A stretch of DNA of 64,000 nt from Alphaproteobacteria bacterium (GTDB lineage: Bacteria > Pseudomonadota > Alphaproteobacteria > JAAXGF01). This document shows positions 43,076 through 51,431 of the stretch, piece by piece. The notes under the pieces were generated by a model. That model had not been told where the DNA came from and ran no database searches. It saw only the letters and a program-made list of their open reading frames with translations. The translations under genes and the position numbers were made by a program. Position 1 is the first letter of the stretch, and every line of letters starts with the position of its first letter. Location of the stretch: contig CAUVXB020000002.1 in the NCBI GenBank assembly GCA_963555825.3, positions 736,001 to 800,000 on the forward strand. Direction: 5' to 3'.

Positions 43076-44892
43076 GCGCGAGCGCCCTCCGCCGCTGGTC
43101 TCTCCGCAATCTCGTGGTCGCGGACGGACCCCGCGCCGGGCGCCCGTTCCGCATCGCGTCGGCACCGTGGGGCGACGTGCTCGACGCCATGGACGATCCC
43201 GAGCTTGAACAAGTCACGATCCGGGGCAGCGTCCAGTCCGGCAAGACCGCCGCGCTGATCGCCGCTGCCCTGGGGCACATGGCCGCCGGTCGATCCGTGC
43301 TGATCTTCGAGCCCGACGACAAGCTGAAACGCGCCCTTGCAACCCGCATCCTCGCCTGGGGCCGCCTGTGCAAGGACGAAGCCATCCGGGAAGCCTACGA
43401 TCCGAAGCGGCCACCCTTCGCACGCTCTACGGACGCGGGCGGGCGCTGTGAAATCCTCTCCGCACGCGAGGGCGGGGCGGGCGTCATGCGGACGGCGGAG
43501 ATCGTCATCGTGGACGAACTTCGCTTGTTCCACATTGACCTGCTCGGCGACCTGATCGACCGCATGGCGGCCTACGGCGGCAAGGGCCGACTGATAACCG
43601 CGTCCAGCGCCGGATATCAAGACGAGTGCAAGACTACGCACGAGCTTGAGAAATCCGATTCCCGGCGCTGGTTTCTCCGCTGCCACCAGTGCGGCCAAGA
43701 GAACGTCGCGGACTGGAGGAACGTGAACTACAAGGCGCGACGGTATCCGTTCTACGTCATGCCGTGCTGCGGATCGACGCTTGAGGGCGTCCCTTTCCGC
43801 CGTGCCATGCAGGCGGGGCGCTGGAAGGCGACGAAGGACGAGATGGTCCCTGGCACGGCAGGGTTCCACCTGGACGCTTTCCTTTCGCCCTTCGAGTCCT
43901 TGCGAACCATCGTGCGCCAGTGGAAGCGGGCCGACGCGCACCGGAAGCAAACCGGCAGCATGGCCGAAACCATATCGTTCCAGACCGGGCGGCTGGCGCT
44001 GCCCTACAAGCCCGAGGCCGCGCAAGGCGTGACCCCGGAAGCCCTGCGCACGTCGTGCCGCGAAGATTACGACCCCTCCACCGTGCCGGCGGCGGCCGGC
44101 GTGCTGATCGGGGCCTGCGACGTGCAAGACGATCGCTTAGAGGCGGAAATCTCCGCCTGGGGCCTCGTGGAAGTAGCGCGCGACGACGCATCGCAACTGA
44201 AGGGATGGGGCAGTCACGAATTCCGGGGCCTCCAACACGGCGGGCGCTGGTATCGGCTTCGCCGTTGGGCGTTGGAATATCGCCGCTTCCATGGCGACCC
44301 GGGAACGCCAGAGTTGTGGGAACAACTGGCGGAGTTCATGGAGCGCCCGCGACCGCACGCCACCGGCCCGATGTTGCGCCCCGTCGCGGTCGGAATCGAC
44401 ACCGGCGGCCACTACGGCCCGCAAGTTGCCGATTTCTGCAAGGTGCGGGGCCGTGGATATCAGCCGCTAAAGGGACTTCCCCCACAGAGATACGGCGCGG
44501 TCCTGGCGCGCCGATCCGTGACCGCCGACAGTCTGGAAAGCTACGGCCCCGAGGGCCTGATGCTGGTATGCGGGAACGCTGGAAAGGCGTCATGCTTTAG
44601 CCTCATGCGGCAGTCAATCGCGGGCGTCGAGCCTAAGCCGATGGTCTGGCCGATGGACGAGTCCAAGTATGGGCCGGAGGAATTCGAGGGCATCGTTTCC
44701 GAAACCCTTATGCGGACCCTCGACAAGCGCACCGGCGCGACCCGCTTGATGTGGCGGAAGATCGCCCGCGCAAACGAACCGCTCGACGTGCTGGTCTACA
44801 GCCTCGCGCTTGTCTCTCACCTGGGCCTGGGTTTCATGCTCGCCGAGGCCGACGCCATCGCCAGCGCCGCCGGACGGAAGGAAGCCGCATGA
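43072..44892 (+). CDS. Terminase large subunit, lambda GpA family
   Basis: SVQSGKT (cf. GpA SAQ.GKT), IVDE, SD.RRW..C..C, GFHL..FLSP, DVQDDRLE, IDTGG and NEPLD..VY motifs. Confidence 0.88.
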   Translation: MSASALRRWSLRNLVVADGPRAGRPFRIASAPWGDVLDAMDDPELEQVTIRGSVQSGKTAALIAAALGHMAAGRSVLIFEPDDKLKRALATRILAWGRLCKDEAIREAYDPKRPPFARSTDAGGRCEILSAREGGAGVMRTAEIVIVDELRLFHIDLLGDLIDRMAAYGGKGRLITASSAGYQDECKTTHELEKSDSRRWFLRCHQCGQENVADWRNVNYKARRYPFYVMPCCGSTLEGVPFRRAMQAGRWKATKDEMVPGTAGFHLDAFLSPFESLRTIVRQWKRADAHRKQTGSMAETISFQTGRLALPYKPEAAQGVTPEALRTSCREDYDPSTVPAAAGVLIGACDVQDDRLEAEISAWGLVEVARDDASQLKGWGSHEFRGLQHGGRWYRLRRWALEYRRFHGDPGTPELWEQLAEFMERPRPHATGPMLRPVAVGIDTGGHYGPQVADFCKVRGRGYQPLKGLPPQRYGAVLARRSVTADSLESYGPEGLMLVCGNAGKASCFSLMRQSIAGVEPKPMVWPMDESKYGPEEFEGIVSETLMRTLDKRTGATRLMWRKIARANEPLDVLVYSLALVSHLGLGFMLAEADAIASAAGRKEAA

Positions 44893-45545
44893 GCCGCACA
44901 CCGACAGACGTGATCGAAGTCGAGTTCGGAGAGGACACCCGCTACTCACCGCCCACCGGCGCCGAACGCTGGAGCGCCTTTAGTCGGACCGACATCCTGT
45001 CCGCGCTGAATGATGAGCCCAGGGGAAACCCGCTTATCACGCACGGCGGCCACCCTCCGCAATGGGCGATCATCGGCGGCTGGAACGTCACCGCCGACGC
45101 CTTCATTCCACCACCCTCGACGGCGGGACAGCCCCGCGCGAACGTGACCGGCTTCGAGGACGCCGCCAGCGCGGCGGGCTTCGCCATCGAGTGGGACACC
45201 CTTGCGGCGGCCTCCGCGACCGGCCTCCGCGAGATGTTGCTGGTCCTTGCCTACGAGGGCGGCAAGGCGGTCAAGCGCACGATATTCAGAACGCCTGCGT
45301 CATCGGCAATCGACCCCACCGTGATCGCGGCGCAAGAACGGCTGTTGCTGCAATCCCTGCTCCGCACCCGCGACCAGCGGGCGGGCTCGGGCGGCATCAT
45401 CAAGCACGACCACGGCGAAGGCTCGGGCGAGGAATTCGAGAGCTTGGCCGTCCTGGATCGCCGGATCGCGGAGTGCCGCGCCCGGATCGCGTGGTTCGAG
45501 CAAGCGGCGGAGGGCAACGACCTGCCCCGCCTGGAGACGTGGTAG
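44889..45545 (+). CDS. Hypothetical protein; C-terminus resembles a gpW-like head-completion helix
   Basis: ATGA-coupled to terL; ..EEFESLAVLDRRIAECRARIA. Confidence 0.5.
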   Translation: MSRTPTDVIEVEFGEDTRYSPPTGAERWSAFSRTDILSALNDEPRGNPLITHGGHPPQWAIIGGWNVTADAFIPPPSTAGQPRANVTGFEDAASAAGFAIEWDTLAAASATGLREMLLVLAYEGGKAVKRTIFRTPASSAIDPTVIAAQERLLLQSLLRTRDQRAGSGGIIKHDHGEGSGEEFESLAVLDRRIAECRARIAWFEQAAEGNDLPRLETW

Positions 45546-45632
45546 GCGGGGCAGTGCCGGGCGGGCGGTGACATCATGGTGACACGCTCCTATTCCCGTG
45601 TCACCGAATTCCATCTAAGTCATTGAAAACGT

Positions 45633-45709
45633 TGGTAGCGGAGGAGGGACTCGAACCCCCGACACGCGGATTATGATTCCGCTGCTCTAACCAGCTGAGC
45701 TACTCCGCC
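45633..45709 (-). tRNA. tRNA-Met (CAT)
   Basis: GGCGGAGTAGCTCAGCTGGTTAGAGCAGCGGAATCATAATCCGCGTGTCGGGGGTTCGAGTCCCTCCTCCGCTACCA. Confidence 0.97.
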
Positions 45710-45787
45710 CCGAACGGCGCCTGCGTTGGAAGGCTGCGGTATACGGGCCCGTGCGAGGGCTGTCAAGCAGCCCCAAGGGGGCCGCCG

Positions 45788-46909
45788 TCAGGCGGCAAGC
45801 CGAGCCTCGGGCCGCTCGATCCAGCCGCCGCCGAGCACGCGTGGCCCCTGGTAGACGACGCAGGCCTGGCCGGGCGCGATGGCGGCCTGCGGTGCGACCA
45901 AATCGACCGCGGCGCGGTCGCCGCCCAAGTCCCTGACGGTGGCCGCGACGGCGGCCTGGTTGGCGCGCAGCTTGACGTCGACGTCGAGGCCCTCGGCCGG
46001 CAAGGCGCCGGCGGCCAGCCAGTTGACGCCCGAGACCGTCAGCGTCTGGCCCATCAACGCATCGCGCGGGCCGACCACGACGCGCCGCTCGGCGGGCTCG
46101 AGGCGCAGGACGAACAGCGGCTCGTGCCACGAAACGCCCAGGCCGCGCCGCTGGCCGACGGTGAAATCGACGATGCCATCGTGGCGGCCGAGCACACGGC
46201 CGTCGATATGGACGATGTCGCCCGGCGCGCCGGCCTCGGGGCGCAGGCGCCGGATGACGTCGGCGTAGGAGCCGCGCGGCACGAAACAGATGTCCTGGCT
46301 GTCCGGCTTGTCGGCGACGGCGAGACCGAAGCGGGCGGCATGCGCGCGGGTCTCGGTCTTGGCCATGCCGCCAAGCGGAAAACGCAGCATCGCGAGCTGG
46401 TCGCGCGTCGTGGCGAACAGGAAATAGCTCTGGTCGCGGTCGGCGTCGATGGCGCGGTGCAGCTCGGGGCCGTGCGCGCCGATCTCGCGGCGCACGTAAT
46501 GGCCGGTCGCCAGCGCGTCGGCGCCGAGGTCGCGCGCGGTGCCCAGGAGATCGTGGAACTTGACCGTCTGGTTGCAGCGCACGCAGGGGATCGGCGTCTC
46601 GCCGCGCAGATAGCTGTCGGCGAAATCGTCGATCACCGCCGCCTTGAAGCGGCTCTCGTAGTCGAGCACGTAATGGGCGATGCCGAGCCGGTCGGCGACA
46701 CGGCGCGCGTCGTGGATGTCGCGGCCGGCGCAGCAGGCGCCCTTGCGGCCGGTCGCCGCGCCGTGGTCGTAGAGCTGCAGCGTCACGCCGACGACCTCGA
46801 AGCCGCCTTCCGCCATGAGCGCCGCGGTGACCGACGAATCGACGCCGCCCGACATCGCGACGACGACGCGGGTTTCGGCGGCCGGCTTATCGATGCCCAA
46901 TTCGTTCAT
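45788..46909 (-). CDS. mnmA: tRNA-specific 2-thiouridylase (CxxC type)
   Basis: [48 protein letters not shown] and APGQ motifs. Confidence 0.97.
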   Translation of the reverse strand: MNELGIDKPAAETRVVVAMSGGVDSSVTAALMAEGGFEVVGVTLQLYDHGAATGRKGACCAGRDIHDARRVADRLGIAHYVLDYESRFKAAVIDDFADSYLRGETPIPCVRCNQTVKFHDLLGTARDLGADALATGHYVRREIGAHGPELHRAIDADRDQSYFLFATTRDQLAMLRFPLGGMAKTETRAHAARFGLAVADKPDSQDICFVPRGSYADVIRRLRPEAGAPGDIVHIDGRVLGRHDGIVDFTVGQRRGLGVSWHEPLFVLRLEPAERRVVVGPRDALMGQTLTVSGVNWLAAGALPAEGLDVDVKLRANQAAVAATVRDLGGDRAAVDLVAPQAAIAPGQACVVYQGPRVLGGGWIERPEARLAA

Positions 46910-46984
46910 GGCGCGAGTCCGTTCATGGCGCGCAATATAGGCATTCGGGGCGGTCGCGCAACCGTGCGGGCGCCCTGAACCGTC

Positions 46985-48736
46985 TCATGCGGCGCCCTTC
47001 TTGGTGACGAAGTAGGGGTCCGTGCCGGCGGCATGGTCGGTCGCGTCGACGACAGCGACGATTTCGGGGACCTGCCGCTTGATCATCACCTCGACGCCCT
47101 GGCGCAACGTCACGTCGGCCATGGCGCAGCCCTGGCAGCCGCCCTCGAAACGGATGAAGGCGGTATCGTCCTTGACCTCGACCAGACTGACCAGGCCGCG
47201 GTGAGCGCTCACCGCCGGATTGACCTGCTCGTCGAGGATGCGCTGCACGCGGTCGGCCGGCGCGGCGCCGGGCTCGCCGATGCCGTCGAGCGACGGGTCG
47301 AAGCGGACGTCGGCGACCTCGGTCAGGTAGTGGCGAAACATGTCCGCGATGACGCCGGCGAGCGGGATCGACGCGCCGGGCGATCCGGCGATCCTGAGCG
47401 TGACGATCCCGTCGGCAAAGCCCCGCAAGATCAGGTCGCCGCCCCGGTCGGCGATCAGGGGTCGGACCCGCTCGGCGAGCAGCCATTCGATCCGCGCCGA
47501 CACGTCGGCGCCGTCCGCTGGCGCGGGGCGGGCCTCGGCGCTTGCGACCCGGGCCGGGTCGTCGGCAACCCGATGGTCCAGCGCCTGCTCCAGATCGGCG
47601 ATCAGGTCGTCGGGGTTCTCGAGGCCGACCGAAAGCCGCAGCAGGTCGACGGGCGCCGGCGTCGACGGCCCTTCGATGCTGGCGCGGTGCTCGATCAGGC
47701 TCTCGACGCCGCCGAGCGAGGTCGCGCGCTTGAACACTGCGACCCGCGCCGCCGTCGCCACCGCGGCAGCCTCGCCGCCCGCGACCCGGATCGACAGCAT
47801 GCCGCCGAAGCCACCGGTCATCTGACGCGCTGCGACCGCATGGCCCGGGTGACCGGGCAGCCCGGGGTAGAGAACTTCGGCGACGCGCGGATGTCCCTCG
47901 AGATGGCGCGCGACGGCGAGCGCGCTCTCGGAGCATCGCCCGACGCGGACGAACAAGGTGCGCATGCCGCGCAGCAACAGCCAGGCCTCGAAGGGGCCGA
48001 GCACGGCCCCCGCGTCACGCCGCCAGGCGCGGATCCGATGCCAGAACGAATCGCTGCGCGCGCAGACGATCGCGCCGGCGAGCACATCGCTATGGCCGTT
48101 CAGGTACTTGCTGGCGGAATGCACCACCAGGTCCGCGCCGAGCGCGAGCGGCCGCGTCAGCACCGGCGTCGCGACCGTGCTGTCGACCGCGACGCGCGCG
48201 TGGGCGGCGTGGGCGATGTCCGATACGCCCGCGATGTCGGTGACGTCCCAGGTCGGGTTCGCCGGCGTCTCGAGCCAGACCAAACGCGTCTTTCCGGGGC
48301 GCATCGCGGCGGCCACCGCGTCGATGTCGCAGGTGTCGACGAACTCGACCTCGAGGCCCCACGACACCGCGAAGTCGACAAGCCAGGTGCGCAACGCCCA
48401 GTACATGACGCGCGACACGACGACATGATCCCCCGGCAACAGCGATTGGAACACGGCGGTCGCCGCGGCCATGCCCGAGGCGAAAAGCAGGCAATCGTCG
48501 CCCGCCTCGAGGGCCGCGAGGAGCTCCTCGGGCTCGTCGTAGGTCGGATTGTGCGGCCGCGTATAGCCGCGACCCGAACTGTAACCGCCGTCGGCGTCGC
48601 GCTCATACGTCGTCGATGGGTGGATCGCCGGCACCAGCGCCCGTGTCACCGCGTCGACGCGGCCCAGGGCCTGGGCGGCGAGGGTCTCGGGGGAGAGCGT
48701 GCGTCCCTCTCTCTCGTTACTGTCGTGGTCACTCAT
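46985..48736 (-). CDS. Cys/Met-metabolism PLP enzyme (cystathionine gamma-synthase/lyase family) fused to two NifU-like domains
   Basis: Y.R..NPT, FASGMAA, ETPANP, VHSASKYLNGHSD and ATSLGGVESL motifs; C-terminal VNP.V..H.G...F.GGCQGC..TL.QGVE...PEI..VVDATDH..G.DPY. Confidence 0.9.
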   Translation of the reverse strand: MSDHDSNEREGRTLSPETLAAQALGRVDAVTRALVPAIHPSTTYERDADGGYSSGRGYTRPHNPTYDEPEELLAALEAGDDCLLFASGMAAATAVFQSLLPGDHVVVSRVMYWALRTWLVDFAVSWGLEVEFVDTCDIDAVAAAMRPGKTRLVWLETPANPTWDVTDIAGVSDIAHAAHARVAVDSTVATPVLTRPLALGADLVVHSASKYLNGHSDVLAGAIVCARSDSFWHRIRAWRRDAGAVLGPFEAWLLLRGMRTLFVRVGRCSESALAVARHLEGHPRVAEVLYPGLPGHPGHAVAARQMTGGFGGMLSIRVAGGEAAAVATAARVAVFKRATSLGGVESLIEHRASIEGPSTPAPVDLLRLSVGLENPDDLIADLEQALDHRVADDPARVASAEARPAPADGADVSARIEWLLAERVRPLIADRGGDLILRGFADGIVTLRIAGSPGASIPLAGVIADMFRHYLTEVADVRFDPSLDGIGEPGAAPADRVQRILDEQVNPAVSAHRGLVSLVEVKDDTAFIRFEGGCQGCAMADVTLRQGVEVMIKRQVPEIVAVVDATDHAAGTDPYFVTKKGAA

Positions 48737-48918
48737 TGCCGGCGCTCTCCATGGAGCCTGGACTTTCCGTCGCGCTCGACCGGTCGCCCATCCGCGAGCC
48801 GAGCATCGCTAGAATAAACATAGGGCGTCTCGATATTTGCGGAATTTTTTACCGCGACGCGAGGCCCGCCCACGGTAGTCTTGCGCGATATGCCTCTTGA
48901 TCCTGTAGCCAAGGTGAC

Positions 48919-49851
48919 TTGCCGATGACCACGCCAGACCCCGACCTGTTCCGCCCGACCGCCGGCTTCCTCGGCGCGCCGTTCAGCCACGACCTCGGCG
49001 GCGCCAAGGCGGCGATCCTCGGCATGCCGTTCGACTGCGGCGCCGATCCCAGCCGCATCGGCTCGCGCTCGGGGCCGACCGCGATCCGCGAGCAGGCCAA
49101 GCGGCTCGGCCGCCCCTATCCGCCGTTCTCGATGGTCGACCCGGTCGCCGCTCTCGGCCTGGTCGACTGCGGCGACGCGCGCGTCACGCCGGGGCGCATC
49201 GACGAATCCTACGAGATCATGGAGGCCGCGGTCGGCTTCATCGCCGACCAGGGCGCCGTTCCCGTCACCATGGGCGGCGACGGCGCGGTGACGCTGCCTC
49301 AGCTCCGCGCGCTCGGCCGGCGCCACCCGGGCCTCGTGGTGCTCCATTTCGACGCCCACACCGACGCCTACCCGGTCGAGGGCCAGAACCGCTTCACCAA
49401 CGCCACCACCTTCACCTGCGCGGCCGAGGAGGACGTCATCGACGCCGCCTCGTCGTACCACATCGGCACGCGCGGGCCGTGCCGCTTCCCCGACATCGTC
49501 GAGCGGGCGCGAAAGCTCGGCTACCGGGTCGTCACCGCCGACGAGCTGTACGCCCAAAACATCGCCAACGTGATCGCCGCCGTGCGCGAGGCGATCGGCG
49601 ACCGGCCGGTCTATCTGTGCTGGGACATGGACTTCTTCGACCCGTCCTGCGCGCCCGGTGTGTGCGATCCGACCTGGGGCGGCGTCTCGGCGCGCGAGGG
49701 GCTGGGCATCCTGCAGAGCCTGGCCGGCATGAACATCGTCGCCTGCGACGTCAACACGGTGAGCCCGCCGCACGACGCCGCCGGCATGACAGCACTGCTC
49801 GCCGCAACGGTCATGCTGCTCTGCCTGCACCTGGTGTGTCTGCGGCCGTAG
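48919..49851 (+). CDS. Ureohydrolase (agmatinase/arginase family)
   Basis: GMPFD.G..R.GSR.GP.AIRE, HFDAHTD and WDMDFFDP..APG motifs. Confidence 0.9.
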   Translation: MPMTTPDPDLFRPTAGFLGAPFSHDLGGAKAAILGMPFDCGADPSRIGSRSGPTAIREQAKRLGRPYPPFSMVDPVAALGLVDCGDARVTPGRIDESYEIMEAAVGFIADQGAVPVTMGGDGAVTLPQLRALGRRHPGLVVLHFDAHTDAYPVEGQNRFTNATTFTCAAEEDVIDAASSYHIGTRGPCRFPDIVERARKLGYRVVTADELYAQNIANVIAAVREAIGDRPVYLCWDMDFFDPSCAPGVCDPTWGGVSAREGLGILQSLAGMNIVACDVNTVSPPHDAAGMTALLAATVMLLCLHLVCLRP

Positions 49852-50153
49852 CCCGGTATTATCCTTGGTATTCCCGCCTCGGCCGGGGCCCGCCGGGCGT
49901 CCTAGATCAATTCCCGGTCATCTTTACGCACGTCAAAGATGACCTGCGCTCATTCGCCGCGCAGGCCAATCTTATGGAATCAAGCCGATCTTATGGGATT
50001 AGGGTTGGCCGCCCCCACTGCCGCTAACGAACGAGACGCATGACGTTGCCGGTGTTGCGGCTCCACTACCATCGCCGGAAGCGCGCAAGCGAACCCACCG
50101 ACACAGCCTCCGAGCAGCCTGCACGAGCTCGGTGGTGTCGTAATCCATGAGCC

Positions 50154-50816
50154 TCACTTCTTGACCCGCTTGTGTCGCCACCAGGCGTCTTCGTTGAGCG
50201 AGTACATTACCCTGTAGTGGGCGATCTTCTTGTCCTCTTTGACGACCGGAATCTGGTTGTCAAGGATGTAGGTCTTGCCGTCCATGAACACCGCGAGGAT
50301 AGCGTGGCCGAGCTTGAGATTGAGGTCCTTGACCACGACGACGCGCAGTTGCTCAGCCGGGAAGCCCAGTTCACGCAGCGTCATGTACTTGGTGATCGCG
50401 TAGTCCTCGCAGTCGCCGCGCCTGTTGAAGAACTGGTCGGGCGCTTCCCAGTAGTCCTTCTTATTCCAGTTGATCGGGTCCTTGATGTAGCGGCGGTTGG
50501 GTGGGTTGAGGAACTTGTGGACCTCGACGAGCAGATCGTAGTCGTGCGGCTTCGAGCGCAGGCTGTCGATGAAGTTGCGCCATTCGAGGTACAGGCATTG
50601 CTTGGACTCAGTCACGGTACACGGCCCTTCGTACTTCGCCCTCTTGGCGTCGTAGCGCGAGATCGCAGCGATCCAATGCTTGAACCTGTCGATGGTCGTT
50701 CTCTCGTCCTCGGTGGTGTTGAAGAAGCTCTCGGTCGCCTGGACCGTGACGGGGAGCGACACCAGCGCAGCCACCATTGAGATCGTGAGAACAATCCGGC
50801 GAAACATGTTTGCCAT
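50154..50816 (-). CDS. Transglutaminase-like cysteine peptidase (BTLCP/LapG-like), secreted
   Basis: Signal peptide; W...DYW..P, GDCEDYAI.KY, HAILAV and LDNQ motifs. Confidence 0.9.
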   Translation of the reverse strand: MANMFRRIVLTISMVAALVSLPVTVQATESFFNTTEDERTTIDRFKHWIAAISRYDAKRAKYEGPCTVTESKQCLYLEWRNFIDSLRSKPHDYDLLVEVHKFLNPPNRRYIKDPINWNKKDYWEAPDQFFNRRGDCEDYAITKYMTLRELGFPAEQLRVVVVKDLNLKLGHAILAVFMDGKTYILDNQIPVVKEDKKIAHYRVMYSLNEDAWWRHKRVKK

Positions 50817-50818
50817 CG

Positions 50819-51220
50819 CTACCTGCTGGGAGCCCCATCTCGGGGAACGGGAACGGCGTGGTCTGCCTTTATGATTTCAGGTTCATCCCGCGCCTGTTCG
50901 GCCTCCTCCAGCCTCTCCTTGACGAAGTCGATAATTTGCTCCAGCCCGAAGGCCTTCATGTAGTGGTCCATGGCGGCTTCGTTCTTGCCGAAACTACGGT
51001 AGCATTCGGCCAGATAGAATTGCACCCACGGGTCGGGCTCCTGCTCAAGGACCTTCTCAATCGGCTCGAAGAAAGCTTCGTCGAAAGTTTCATGACAGAG
51101 CGTGGACACCCGCTTGGAGGATTCATGGGGTGCTTCTTCTTGAGCTTGGACCGGCACCGCGCCGAACAACGCCACCAATACCATGGCGATGAGAGCCGAG
51201 CGCGTATGGCTATGAAACAT
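50819..51220 (-). CDS. Secreted protein with a TPR-like motif
   Basis: Signal peptide ending VQA; FYLAECYRSFGKNEAAMDHYMKA. Confidence 0.6.
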   Translation of the reverse strand: MFHSHTRSALIAMVLVALFGAVPVQAQEEAPHESSKRVSTLCHETFDEAFFEPIEKVLEQEPDPWVQFYLAECYRSFGKNEAAMDHYMKAFGLEQIIDFVKERLEEAEQARDEPEIIKADHAVPVPRDGAPSR

Positions 51221-51431
51221 AGTCGTCACGATTAGTCGGTGAAATTCAACGTGGTCCATGTGGACGTGCCATCGTTCTCGGGCCATCGTCAGTAGATGCA
51301 ACAGAATTGAGGCGAATCGATGACCCGGCGCATGGTCCGAGGTCATCCCGAATATGCGGTGCCGAGGCGACTGATGGGTCGATCCGATAGCCCGTCATCG
51401 AATTGCCCCAATCCTGGTGCATGTATCCGCG

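Larger units (their letters stand above)
35750..45684 (+). mobile_element. ~9.9 kb capsid-forming, tail-less phage satellite integrated at tRNA-Met
   Basis: att direct repeats at both ends; integrase, AlpA-like, primase-helicase, portal, capsid, protease and terminase genes all on +; no tail or lysis genes. Confidence 0.88.

Noticed and set aside
35957-45545. Complete prophage or gene transfer agent
   Set aside because: No tail, lysis or repressor genes; bounded by att sites at only ~9.9 kb; has an integrase and primase, unlike GTAs.
47033-48817. 594-aa + strand ORF
   Set aside because: Antisense shadow of the PLP-NifU fusion in high-GC DNA.
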